Shown: piece after piece, positions 37,102-47,450 of the stretch | How positions within the stretch are numbered: the stretch's first letter is position 1 | How the letters are laid out: every line of letters begins with the position of its first letter | Origin: Macrostomum lignano | Lineage: Eukaryota | DNA length: 64,000 nt | Direction: 5' to 3' | Assembly (NCBI GenBank): GCA_002269645.1 | Contig: NIVC01000392.1 | Location: 1-64,000, forward strand | Notes under the pieces: model-generated | What the model saw: only the letters and a program-made list of their open reading frames with translations | Databases searched by the model: none | What the model was told of the DNA's origin: nothing | Made by a program: the position numbers and the translations under genes

Positions 37102-38946
37102 TCTCTTCTCCTCTCTACTCTCTCCCCTCTTTATTCTCCTATTTCCTGTTCTCTCTCCCTGTCTCTCCTCTCTCCTCTAGTCTCTGTAATCTCTTCTCTC
37201 TTATCTCTCCTCTGTTCTCTCTACTCTCCCATCTCTCATCTGTTCACCTTCATCTCTGCTCTCTTATCTGTCATCTTTACTCTTTAATACATTTTCTCAC
37301 TTATCTCCTCTGTACTCTTCTCTTTCACCTCTTCTGACTCCTCTCTTTCCTTACTCCTCTCTTCTTTTCTCTTCCCTCTTCTATACTCTCTCTCCTCTAT
37401 TATCTTCTCTCGTCACTCTGCACTCTCCTCTCACCTTTTTCATCTCTCATCTTTACTCTCTCATCTCTCCTTTCATTTGTCTTATCTCTATAATCTCATC
37501 TCTCCTTTCTCCCCTCTTCTTACACCCCTCTCTCATCTCTATCTCTTCTCTTCTCACTCCTCTCTCCCCCTCTTATCTCCTCTTTTCTCTATCCTTTCTA
37601 CTCTCTCTTCTCCTCTTGACCCTCTGTCATCTTCTTTCTGCTCTCTCATCTCTACTTTCTTCTCACTCTTTTTTACTCTCCTCTCATTGATCCTCTGTCT
37701 CATCTCTCCCCTCTTCTCACCTTTACTCTTTCCTCTCCCTCCTTTCTCCCCTCCTCTCACTTTTTCCTCCCTTCTTCTCTGCTCTCTCCTCACCACTTGT
37801 CTCTCCTCTTATCTTCCATGTTTTCTCTTATCCCCGTCTCGCCTCTCCTCTCTTCTAATAGTCTATTCCTTCCTTTCCACTCTCATCTGGCCCGCACATA
37901 AGCTGGATTCTTTATCTGGCTTTTGAAGTAAAAGTCTGCCGATCCCTGCTTCGAAAGCCAGTTTGTGGGACGTACTACTCTCATGGCTGTTCTCATGCTT
38001 TGATCACGTCATCTTTCTTGCCAATTCGCAGCCCTGAAAGGAATTTGTGTATTTTCAGCTCCACTGCAGTCTGCATCAGTCTAACAACCAAGGAAATACG
38101 CATTTCTTAGGCCATTTAAATTTCAAAGTACTTTTTAGAGAAACTTAAAATTTCCATGGTGTGCCTAATTTAGTAGGGTTGTATTTCATTGCATTGCATT
38201 GCCTTTTCATAAATATTTCGCTTTTACAAACCATTCAGGATTGCCTCGATTTGCCAATTGCCATCCACTGTTAAACTGCTGCAGAGTTTGCCTATACAGA
38301 GGGGAGGGAGTGGTTAGAATTTCTCACTGAACTGTTATGGCTAAACGTAGCCTCTCCACTCTTGGGGTGCAAGATTGTGAGAAGGCTATAAATAAAGTTA
38401 TTCCAAAACACTGTACATTTGCTATGTACATTGAGCCCTATCGCCTGACCCTTTGTCTAGGCGTGGGGAATGAGTGAGTGTGATTTAGTGGCGCAAACAA
38501 CAGAAAAAGCAGACAAACTTCACATGCTTACAGTTTCCATCCTGATTGAGATACAGAGTTGAGACTTTACATTTAGATAGAGAATGAGTCAAAGAATTGT
38601 GTAAAATTTGAAGTCAATCGCTTTACGTGGAGCAAACTTATGGCAGCCAAAAGTTAGTCATTTTAAAACCCTATTTAAACCCTTTGCCCAGATCAGGAAA
38701 GAGAGGCAGGCGAGCGGAGGTTGGGGCAGTTGCTATACTGAAAAAAACAGCCTAGCTTTAAAAGTGCAGAGCACTGCTCAGGATTTATTTTGAGACTCAA
38801 AATTTTACACGATTGTGTCAAAATAGTTGGAGATTGTTCGTGTCAAATTTGAAGAGGATTGGTAGAAGTGGAGCGTCGCTATGGAGGATTTAGTGAAAAA
38901 AATTGCCCATTTTGAGCAGTTTTTTGCACTTTTAGATATGAAGACT

Positions 38947-39500
38947 ACTACGTAATGTGCAGAAAGTTGTCGGTTTTGGAGGTGAGGTGGGTGTCAGAGC
39001 CAATGCAAATTCAACGCCTATCTAAATACATTAGACCGATTCTAATTGGTCCAGAGTCATTATGTGAGACATTTATACTCTCATGTAAAATCTATACATG
39101 TACACTGTATCGTACAGCAGCGACGACCAGTACAATATAGTACGCATAATTAGCGCTTCGCAGTTGTTGTACGTAGAAACGCGCGCCCCCATCCCCACAC
39201 AATGCAGCATTGGTGTACGCAGAATTAACTGTCCATATTAACTGTCCATATATACCAAAAATTGGCAGAATTAGAGCGCCTACCCCATAACTGTCCATAT
39301 TATTACTTGTCCATATTTACTGTCCATCCCAAAATTGGTGTACGCGCAGAATTTTAGCGTCCGCCCACCCCATAACTGTCCATATTATTACTTGTCCATA
39401 TTTACTGTCCATATATACACCCAAAATTGGTGTACGCCCAGAATTGTCTGTGACCCCCACAAAATTGGCGGCCCCACGCGGAGGCATGATGAGTCAGTCA
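38947..39500 (+). repeat. Left TIR (554 bp)
   Basis: Reverse complement of 48593-49146; at least two mismatches seen (38978/49115, 39438/48655). Confidence 0.95.
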
Positions 39501-39682
39501 ACCGCTGTAAATCGCTGCTGCAGCCTGTTATATCCACTCCTTCCATACTTCACTCTCTAGAATTCAGCCCTCGTCGACACTCCGAGACAATTACGTCATC
39601 CACCAACCCCCTCTCCCAAATAAGTTTTCAAAAGGCGTATATATATTTACACAAAAAGCCGGCCGAGCTTTGATACGTATAT

Positions 39683-40312
39683 TTATTTAGCATACACAAT
39701 TGGGTGACGACCCAAAACATTTGAATAATAGCGAGCAGGAGCATTTTGCAAACAGTTTACAATCAAGTATGAGTAGGGGTCGCGAGTAGCATCCTCATAC
39801 GTTTTGACAAAACTTTTTGGATTAGTGGGGACCAGCTGCCTTGCAATATGAGACACTGTGCTGGCATCCCGTACATTGCGGAATAAAACAAGGTAGTTCG
39901 AATTGAGCGACTGAGTTCGGTGCTCCTTACCCTTTGCAAACAGGTTTTGCACAAGATACCAAAGTCGGAACCCCACGTGGGAGACTTTGCGCGTGAAAAA
40001 AGTTGTAAAAGCGCCACTCTTTTCCATGGCATGCATTTGGTCGTCGACGACAAGCAGAATATTTGGTTCAGGGACATATTGTTCAGGATCAAATGTACAC
40101 GAACGAAAATTTACAGGGTACGGCAATTCAAACAGTTCAGGATCCGGATAGTGGCCAAACCAGTCTACGCGAATCGGCTTCGGATCTTGAAAAAATTCTT
40201 GTCTCAATAGGTTTTTCACAAGTGTGGTCTTGCCGCTTTGAGCCACCCCAGCAAAAATTGCCGACGTTTTGGGGGCAAATTTTAAAGAGTCGGGGTCTAT
40301 TGTTTGATACAT
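39683..40312 (-). CDS. A32/FtsK-like genome packaging ATPase (209 aa from ATG 40312)
   Basis: Walker A GVAQSGKT, Walker B LLVVDD, plus YLVQNLF and R..SLNSNYLVLFRNVRD typical of Maverick/poxvirus A32 ATPases. Confidence 0.92.
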   Translation of the reverse strand: MYQTIDPDSLKFAPKTSAIFAGVAQSGKTTLVKNLLRQEFFQDPKPIRVDWFGHYPDPELFELPYPVNFRSCTFDPEQYVPEPNILLVVDDQMHAMEKSGAFTTFFTRKVSHVGFRLWYLVQNLFAKGKEHRTQSLNSNYLVLFRNVRDASTVSHIARQLVPTNPKSFVKTYEDATRDPYSYLIVNCLQNAPARYYSNVLGRHPIVYAK

Positions 40313-40335
40313 TTTGATAGGCAGCCCAATCATAT

Positions 40336-40792
40336 TTATGGATGATGCTGCTTTATTTGTAGACAGTGATTCTGCACCATCAAGTCGTTCTCGTAAAGAT
40401 TTGTGCTATAACAGTCGCGCAATATTTTTTCAATTGACAGACCCTCCAGAAAGTGTTTTTCAGCCACAAATATTACATGAGCCCCGCAGGTCACACTCAG
40501 CGGATGCTGTACAGGATGCCGGTTCATGGCCACCTCCACAGGGACATACTTTGCGATCCACAACTTTAATAAATCTGGCACAGGATCGATACACAAGGGG
40601 TCAAAAAATGTCACGCTCTCATCGGCATGAAGACAAATTAAAGCCCAGTGAGTGCCTGGTAGATTGCCAGTGTCAAAGTTAATCACGTATGCAGCAGGAT
40701 AAACAGGTTGCGGAATCCTGTCAACTGGTGTTACTCGAACAGGGACAGGTAGTATTAGACCTTAGACGTTCTAATATATCTAGACTATTCAT
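40336..40792 (-). CDS. Adenain-like cysteine protease (~151 aa; one extra base near 40741)
   Basis: YVINFD...PGTHW (His), FFDP (Asp), Q...SVTCG (Gln/Cys). The N-terminus MNSLDILERLRSNTTCP joins VRVTPVDRIP if one base is removed. Confidence 0.88.
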
Positions 40793-40842
40793 ATCGGCAT
40801 GAATATGGCCGTTATTCGAGAATAAAAAAGAGATGTTTGTTT

Positions 40843-42125
40843 CTACACGTAGTCTAGAATAACCTGACGACCGCGAGTGATTTGCACAGTATTGTCAAAG
40901 TAGCCAAACACCAACACGTTGATTCCTGCGGCCAAGGCAGCAGAAAACTTTATTTGTAGCGTCAGATTCCCTCGCTCGCGAGGCATGCTATGCCCGCCCA
41001 GCTCCATGTCGGGCATGAGATTCCAGGCGAAGAAGCAGTAGCCAGCTCCATAGTCGGAATATGATACGTCAATATCCAGGTCCCGATTCATCTTTCCTAG
41101 GCTTTTTAGTAGCATGGCATACTCGCGAGCATAGTTATGAACACCGAATCGAGGAGTAAACGGTTGTCCACACAGACTGACTCCGTCCTTATACAGAGCG
41201 ACACTGTCTGCCCAAACGGTTCAAAATTAAACGGGTTATGTGTAGCCACACCGTTGTATGCGCCGCTGTTCACCATGCCAACAACCACTAGTTTAGGCTT
41301 TTGTTCAGGAAATATATTATTGATTGACATGTCCCGAACACCGCCAGCCACTGAAGTATTGTGCACAACAAGTCGCTCAATCGGATAGATTGCATTCTGT
41401 TTGCCTAGTTGTTCTTCAATCTCCAATGCCAATTGGGGGTTTGCCTTGACGCGGCGCACATGTAGTTTGGCACTCTCGAGTACTAGCCGCGCATCAACCC
41501 CGTCCGCGTGGTTTTCCAGAACGAAGCCGGAATTGTGCATGGTCAGCGTAATTACCATATCAGTGTATGGCAGTAGCATTCGGTCGTTGGTAACAAAAAA
41601 GTCTAAACTAAGAGGTCCATAAAGGTGAAAGGTGCGTGAGTTTGCCGCCATCGCCTTGCGGGCTACAAAGCCAGGATTTCCAACCACAGCCATTTGACCT
41701 CCAGCGTCCTTTGCGTAGCCCATCATTCTCAGTTGATTAGTTTTTGAATCGTGTCCGTAATTCAAACACGTGAGAATATAGGCCTTGTAAGCGTGGTTGT
41801 TATTGCTCGACTCTACGTGTGTCCCGTTGATTGTCAACGTGACGTTTTTAAACATGCTTTCAAGGACGTAATTGACCGGCGCAACATTCGAATCAGCAGC
41901 AAGATTTGTACCATTAGACTGCTTAACGCGGGCCTTAATCTCGAGGTCAATGTCGTTAAGATCGATAAACGTCTCACCACCAACAATCCTAAATTCGACC
42001 ACGCTGGCATTTTCAACACTGGCAACAGGGTGAACTTCTTCAGTGGTGGCGCTAATTGCAGCAATTTGGTGTGCGCGAGGAGCAAAAAGCTCGAATTCCG
42101 ACTTTGTACACAGGCACTCAGTCAT
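40843..42125 (-). CDS. Major capsid protein, Maverick double jelly-roll type (~427 aa; 1-nt deficit at 41211-41213)
   Basis: C.KSEFELF, YNG...HNPFNF and C-terminal GY.FFAWNL.PD...GNL.LQIKF..AL...INVLV.GYFDN..I...R.V..D motifs. Adding one G to the GGG run restores FGADSVALYKDG..GQPFTP and joins ORFs 41106-42125 and 40843-41115. Confidence 0.92.
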
Positions 42126-42168
42126 TTTTCATTCAACAGCGGCTTAGTGTGGTGCTCTAATAGACAGA

Positions 42169-42537
42169 TCAGTTATTGGCACGGGTTTTTTTATTTATAG
42201 AGTCGAAAATATCAGAATGCTGCAGTCTTTTTCTCGTTTTTTTGTTAGTCATCTTTCTTCGTCTTTGTCTGCCGCTACCTCGTTGTGCGACTGTGTCCTT
42301 GAAAGCATCTTTAGCTGCCTGGACAGAGTTACGCAATGCCGCTTCTTTCAAGTTCCCGCCTTGATCGAGTGTGTCGCTAACTGTTGTAGCTAGGGCTCGT
42401 GTTCCGTGGCGAAGAATATTTTTGCCAAAACTCTTTAAAATTGGCAGGGCAAATCGGGCAATGCTGCCAAACAGGCCGTTGCCGCGCTGTGCACCGGAAA
42501 ATACCGGTAAAGCTCCTCCGATCAAGATTGAAGGCAT
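42169..42537 (-). CDS. Small basic virion/core protein of Mavericks (PZ-like)
   Basis: F.G.QRG.GLFG.I.RFALP.LK..GK pattern, QRGSG followed by an R/K-rich tail, and C-terminal DIF; the usual layout of this conserved Maverick ORF. Confidence 0.75.
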   Translation of the reverse strand: MPSILIGGALPVFSGAQRGNGLFGSIARFALPILKSFGKNILRHGTRALATTVSDTLDQGGNLKEAALRNSVQAAKDAFKDTVAQRGSGRQRRRKMTNKKTRKRLQHSDIFDSINKKTRANN

Positions 42538-42581
42538 ATTGTCGATCAGTTGCTACCTTTTATTCGTGAAAACTTCTTTAT

Positions 42582-43735
42582 TTATAGCTTAATTTCACGA
42601 ATGTTGATCGATAAAACAGTTTTGCCTCGAAGAATCCGATCCATTAACTTGCCCATATCGTCACAGATTTGCACCTCAATGGTTTTGAATGGGTGTTTCA
42701 CCAACGGTAAGTAGGATGGATTGACAAACTCGTAGTACTCTCGTTCGCCGTATACCTTTTCATTCAAAGGAATTGCCCCAAGCAGGGGGACTTTGACGTC
42801 TCCAACAATGGCAGAGTCGACAATATTTGAATAGATGTACATAGTTTGTACACCATTTGTTAAATCGATTGGTCGTTTAGCGGTCTTTGGAGTTTCATTG
42901 AAAACATCTTCGCGAAAGCCGAGAATGGCAGCAAGCTCTCCAATGTCGAATAAAATGTTTTCAATGGGTTTGTACTCACACCGGTTCAGAAAAGGGTTGT
43001 AGTGGAATGCATCCACTCTCGTCGCTGGACTTATTGGGAGCTTTGAAACGACGCTCCAAAGCGCTCCATTAACATAATTTAAGAGCTCGTCAGGCGTGCG
43101 GTAGAATCCTTTAGCAATCCGCAGTGACGTTCTAGAAGGCCAGACACTCTTTTCAAACGTTAGAGTCATCGGACTCTCTATGGAGGAGGAGGACTCCAAT
43201 TCTATAGCGAATACTAACGAATTTCTTGGGTTTAATAAAAAAGTCGTTACTTCGATATTTGATTTATTTCCAGCGTCATCAACCTTTTTAAACATGCTAC
43301 GCACATTACTGGACAGCCTAATGTTCGCACCATACCATGATTTGTTCACAATTGAAATTTGGCCTTCCTGTGAACGCTCAATGCAAATCATCGCATTATC
43401 GTCTTGCTCATATTTTAGATCGGCGATGATTGCATCAACCACTTCGTTGGCTGTTGATAGCCCCGCGGCGAGAGAAACCGACGCAAACTGTTTATACGTG
43501 GAGGCGGGTTTTTCTCTCACCTCAATGTCAATCACTTCATCCTCGGAGCGTTGGTCAGGACATCAACCATTCGATTATCGGGGACGGTTTTGAATTCTTT
43601 ACAAAAGTAGATCCGTTCGATGCAGACTTCATGATTCGGAAAGTGGAGGGTGTCGGGCAAATTAATGCTATAATGTGCCGAATTATTCTCAGGATAGTGC
43701 TCAACGCACGCATTGCTAGGTAGGAATAGATGCAT
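42582..43735 (-). CDS. Minor capsid (penton) protein (~384 aa; 1-nt deficit between ~43535 and 43565)
   Basis: N-terminal LFLPSN...YPENN..Y.I.LP..L; C-terminal LAAILGF, DL..G...MYIYSNIV...VGD..VPLL and F.NP.YLPL...F.TI.V.I.DD.G. ORFs 43532-43735 and 42582-43535 are offset by one base. Confidence 0.88.
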
Positions 43736-43769
43736 TGTAATATACTACACGTTTCGAGTGTATGTGTGT

Positions 43770-44843
43770 TCATCCTTGTCTTATATTTATAACTTCCTCA
43801 ACTGGTACAAATGCATTGAACGACTCGGGATAGCCGCGCCAACTAACGAAATGATGAGCGACACCATTGATGATGACATTGCGACGCAGAATTTTGTCTA
43901 TAACAAAGCGGTCTGGTCGAACCGTCTTTGAAAGTTCATTATAGTAGAATCGACCCTCGATTTGTTCTCCAGATAGGTCGGAAATGCGATAAAAATGAGG
44001 CGGTCCCGGGCATACTTGAGACACAACGTAAACTTCTTCGCTGTACATATCGTATGCTTCCTTGTCAAAGGCTCGACGAGATTTTGAAATTCTGACAAAG
44101 TCCCCTTTTTGGTAAACTGGTTCATCATATTCAGGATCCTTGTAGAGCTTTTCCCACAATTCTTTTTGATTGTGCAGACCGACACTCGAAGGTTTCATAT
44201 CAATAGTAGAGTGTACTGTGTTGTTGTAACTTTTAACCAATATTGGCAAATAGTCGATCCAACGCCACGTGTTTTTATGCTCAAAGTAGCGAGCTAAACG
44301 TTTTCGGAGAGTCCTAATCAGCCTTTCAGCCATATTTGCCTTGTATACAGAGTTTGTACTGTACATTTTGATATTATGGGCTTTCAGTAAGTTCTGCATG
44401 CGATTGTTATAAAACTCGGTACCTCGATCAACGTGTAGATATAAAGGCTTAATGGGGAAGTCTTTGATCATGCTTTCAAAAGCCTTTGGAGTGTCGCTTT
44501 TCAATTTTATTGACTGACAAAAAGCCAATTTACTAAGCACGTCAATTGCAACTAGAATATATCGATGACCATCATTCCATTGTTCGTATCGCGACATGTC
44601 CATCAAATCCGCTTGCACAGTTTCCATGAAGCCTCCCGACATTACTTTTCCGGTTCGGAATTTTCTTTTAACCCTCTTGTGCCGGGTGTAGCTCGATTGG
44701 GTCTTCAGCCATTCGTCGGTTTGGCGTCTCGTCAGGGAGGGGACCAGCCGTTTGGCCTCCTGATATACACGGGCAGCATTTGTAAAAGCGGCGTCCCCCT
44801 GTTCGTACACTCTCCGAAGAGCGGTTTTCACCCTCATTCGCAA
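43770..44843 (-). CDS. Retroviral-like (rve) integrase with C-terminal chromodomain, intact
   Basis: DDE motifs QADLMDM, HVDRGTEFYN and KANMAERLIRTL; chromodomain IDKIL...FVSWRGYPESFNAFVP. Confidence 0.95.
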   Translation of the reverse strand: MRMRVKTALRRVYEQGDAAFTNAARVYQEAKRLVPSLTRRQTDEWLKTQSSYTRHKRVKRKFRTGKVMSGGFMETVQADLMDMSRYEQWNDGHRYILVAIDVLSKLAFCQSIKLKSDTPKAFESMIKDFPIKPLYLHVDRGTEFYNNRMQNLLKAHNIKMYSTNSVYKANMAERLIRTLRKRLARYFEHKNTWRWIDYLPILVKSYNNTVHSTIDMKPSSVGLHNQKELWEKLYKDPEYDEPVYQKGDFVRISKSRRAFDKEAYDMYSEEVYVVSQVCPGPPHFYRISDLSGEQIEGRFYYNELSKTVRPDRFVIDKILRRNVIINGVAHHFVSWRGYPESFNAFVPVEEVINIRQG

Positions 44844-44974
44844 CTAGATTCGATGCACAGCATGAGTAATTACACTTGAACTCCACAGACGGTTTGTCTG
44901 AGCAAAGCTTTGAAGTTACAGCTGCGGCACCCATGATCCAAAAACAGATTATATATCATGAAAATGATTTCTAT

Positions 44975-45649
44975 TTATAGTTTTTTTAACGTCTCGTATT
45001 TTACTGCTGGTTTCTGCCGCCTCTTTGGTTCGCGAAGTTGGTATGAAGCATGCCTGTAGGCATCGCTGCCACGATCTTCATATTTTTTAATTTCATTCAG
45101 GCCACTGGCTTGGTCTTTGTGGAAGTCGTTGTAGAAATCATTAGTTCCAATTGCTTGCTCGACTAAAAAATCGTCTCGATCCGGATCCGTGCCGACTTCT
45201 TTTTTCACACTGACTTCTTCTTGTTGGCGTCGTCCTAGTAGAGCTTTTGCAATATCTGCCTCTTCGGCCAGGGCCCAAAAAGCGGTACTATATTTTGGGC
45301 TTGGGCGGTCGCGCCTTTCATTCGATGTAATCTCCTTCAATAGATCGAAAATATTGCTTCCTGGCCAGGTTTTTCCATCAAATACAATTTCCCACGACTT
45401 GTTGTACTCCAAATTTGGGTATCTTTCTGTCAGCATGTCCCAAACACGTTGTTGTCGTTCAGGAAAACGATTACTCTTCTTTTGCTTGATCTGACTTAGT
45501 TTATTTTGGAGTTGAGTGTTGTATTCAATGAGTTTTTCATATTCTGTTTTGGATGCAATTTCTCGGGGTGCGCCTTGACTTAGTCTATTAAATTCTTCTT
45601 CTGGTACAACAACGTATTTATTCATTTTAGCGACCAAGTAGTCCGCCAA
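44975..45649 (-). CDS. Maverick-associated protein of unknown function (224 aa)
   Basis: KYVVVPEEEF..L N-terminus and WEIVFDGK.WPGSNIFDLL resemble a small ORF recurrent in animal Mavericks (from memory; not searched). Confidence 0.6.
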   Translation of the reverse strand: MADYLVAKMNKYVVVPEEEFNRLSQGAPREIASKTEYEKLIEYNTQLQNKLSQIKQKKSNRFPERQQRVWDMLTERYPNLEYNKSWEIVFDGKTWPGSNIFDLLKEITSNERRDRPSPKYSTAFWALAEEADIAKALLGRRQQEEVSVKKEVGTDPDRDDFLVEQAIGTNDFYNDFHKDQASGLNEIKKYEDRGSDAYRHASYQLREPKRRQKPAVKYETLKKL

Positions 45650-45983
45650 ACAGGCTTGATATTAGCGGTGCAGCAACAGATGCAAGGATGGGTAGAAAGC
45701 CACCGACTTGAGGATTCGAGAGAAGCATATTCTTCTTCCTATTTATAGACAATTTTGTGTCTGCCAATTCACGCAACGATCTTCTGTATCGCTTTAATCG
45801 CAGATACTGTTTCGGAGAAAGATCGATATTTCCCCGGAGCACGTTGTGACTCAATTCACAGAGACAATGAATCAGTTCCTTGCCTGCACCTCGAATAATG
45901 GCCCGCCGAAGAGTGGGACGGGCTTTGGCGAGCTCTGCGAGCTCGCCGCGACAAGAACATAGTCTGGAGATTCCGTTTGTCAT
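45627..45983 (-). CDS. Maverick PW-like protein with C-terminal hydrophobic/amphipathic peptide (118 aa from ATG 45983)
   Basis: LIHCLCELSHNVLRGNI.L....LKRYRRSLR.L....S...KK..L...QVGGFLPIL matches this conserved Maverick/adintovirus ORF. A TATA motif lies 54 nt upstream of ATG 45983. Confidence 0.8.
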   Translation of the reverse strand: MTNGISRLCSCRGELAELAKARPTLRRAIIRGAGKELIHCLCELSHNVLRGNIDLSPKQYLRLKRYRRSLRELADTKLSINRKKNMLLSNPQVGGFLPILASVAAPLISSLFGGLLGR

Positions 45984-46123
45984 TTTGTTTAGCAAAAAGA
46001 TGTTGGTTGCAGTGCACTGCAATTTATGCACAATATATTTATAGACAATTTCATAGCAGCTTGTACGTACATACAAATTCGGTACAGTGGTAAAGCAGTA
46101 AAGTTACGCAACAGCTACATGGA

Positions 46124-46477
46124 TTAGACATGCAAAACGCTAGTCACATGATCGTACATTTGACAGAGCTCTTTAAAGTTTCGTATTCCAAGGAAAACAA
46201 GGCGGCCATTCTTTCCGCATAATAAACATTTAGCATTGCGAAATGGAGACTTTATTACTATTCCATTGAAAACTTCACACTCCCACTTCACCCAGCGGGA
46301 CCCGGAGTATGCAATTTGGAAAAAGTTTGGCCATCTGTCTACTTCAGCGCGGTAAGTACTAGTGGTAACAACAACAGAAATTGGTTTACATTGAGGAAAA
46401 AGACGCAAAACTTGGTTGATGAGCGACAACCGAATACAATTGCAGACAAAGAACGCTGAAAAAAGTTGATTGTACAT
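46124..46477 (-). CDS. Hypothetical protein (117 aa)
   Basis: Fills the gap between neighbours on the coding strand; no motif recognised. An in-frame upstream ATG is followed by TGA five codons later. Confidence 0.4.
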   Translation of the reverse strand: MYNQLFSAFFVCNCIRLSLINQVLRLFPQCKPISVVVTTSTYRAEVDRWPNFFQIAYSGSRWVKWECEVFNGIVIKSPFRNAKCLLCGKNGRLVFLGIRNFKELCQMYDHVTSVLHV

Positions 46478-46580
46478 TTTCCTATTCGCAAATTGATAAG
46501 AGCTCTTGGTCTGCGAAATGTCCGTGCGCTCGCCCAGTCCAAGTCAGGCATGCGGCTCCATTTCGCGCAAAACACTCGGT

Positions 46581-47333
46581 TCACACACTCGACGTTCTGC
46601 AAGTAGATTTTTCGGCAGTTTTTACTTTCGTATCCTTCTTGGGGGCTTTCGACCGCTTCTTTGATTCGTTGGCTGCTACTAGTTTCGATTGATGCTGTCG
46701 CTTTCTGGCCTGATTTTTAGGCACCTTTGGCTGCTTCTCCTTGACAAGCTTTGGTGGTTTCTTTGCTTTCTTGCTTACTTTCTTGACGCCTACCTTGATT
46801 TTTGGAGGTGGCGTCCAATAGCAACGATCGAATGCCTGTTTGGCTTCTTCGACAAACTGTAGCTGTTGAATTTTTGGCATTGCGGTCAAAACAGCGTCTC
46901 GAATCACGGCCGTGTCGAGAGTAAACAGAATCCTGTAGTAGCCGCTCTTGTTTTTGTAATCCTCTACAGGCAGTCCGTTTTGGTCGTACATTTTAAAGTC
47001 GTGAGCCAGCCCAAACGCTGCACTGTCACCTCCAAACGCTGGGTTGTAGCCCAGCAGAGCTAGACTTTCGCTGGAAAGGTGCTCCGCCACAGTGTTGAAA
47101 GTGTAGGGTATGCAGCTTTCAATGTGTTTTTGTGCAATGATGATGAATTCGCGACCTTCGTTGTCAGTACGCACGCCCTTGACGATCAAAACAGGGACCG
47201 CATTGGCCAAGTAGAGAGGTCCCTGTTCGTCATATTCAATGTCAAACGTTTCAACCCCGTTGAAGCTCGGACCTCGCGGTTTGAGTGCCAGCAGCTCTCG
47301 CTTGACGCAGTTGAAGTCTTGCACTGTCTCCAT
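46581..47333 (-). CDS. Hypothetical protein (250 aa), candidate OB-fold ssDNA-binding protein with Lys-rich tail
   Basis: Intact ORF with TATATAAG at 47394-47401. Segment FKMYDQNG...GYYRILF...PKIQQLQFV recalls viral OB-fold SSBs (inference). Confidence 0.6.
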   Translation of the reverse strand: METVQDFNCVKRELLALKPRGPSFNGVETFDIEYDEQGPLYLANAVPVLIVKGVRTDNEGREFIIIAQKHIESCIPYTFNTVAEHLSSESLALLGYNPAFGGDSAAFGLAHDFKMYDQNGLPVEDYKNKSGYYRILFTLDTAVIRDAVLTAMPKIQQLQFVEEAKQAFDRCYWTPPPKIKVGVKKVSKKAKKPPKLVKEKQPKVPKNQARKRQHQSKLVAANESKKRSKAPKKDTKVKTAEKSTCRTSSV

Positions 47334-47450
47334 GTCTCTTGTCTGTTTAAAAAATTTGCAGGTACGGGCGCTTGCAGATGCTCCGGGCTGGTGCTTATAT
47401 ACCCGAGAGTCTCAATAAGTTTTTGTTTTAATTACACGATAACGAGCTTT

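Noticed and set aside
38955-39673. ORFs within the TIRs (and their mirrors at 48464-49138)
   Set aside because: Short, overlapping on both strands, duplicated only because of the TIR, and without protein-like motifs.
41211-43565. Programmed -1 frameshifting in MCP and penton
   Set aside because: No canonical X XXY YYZ heptamer at either shift window, and host genes show the same 1-nt deficit; an indel or assembly error is simpler.
44668-44934. 88-aa minus-strand ORF starting 39 nt after the integrase TATA motif
   Set aside because: Overlaps the integrase in another frame and has no recognisable features; treated as a possible uORF only.
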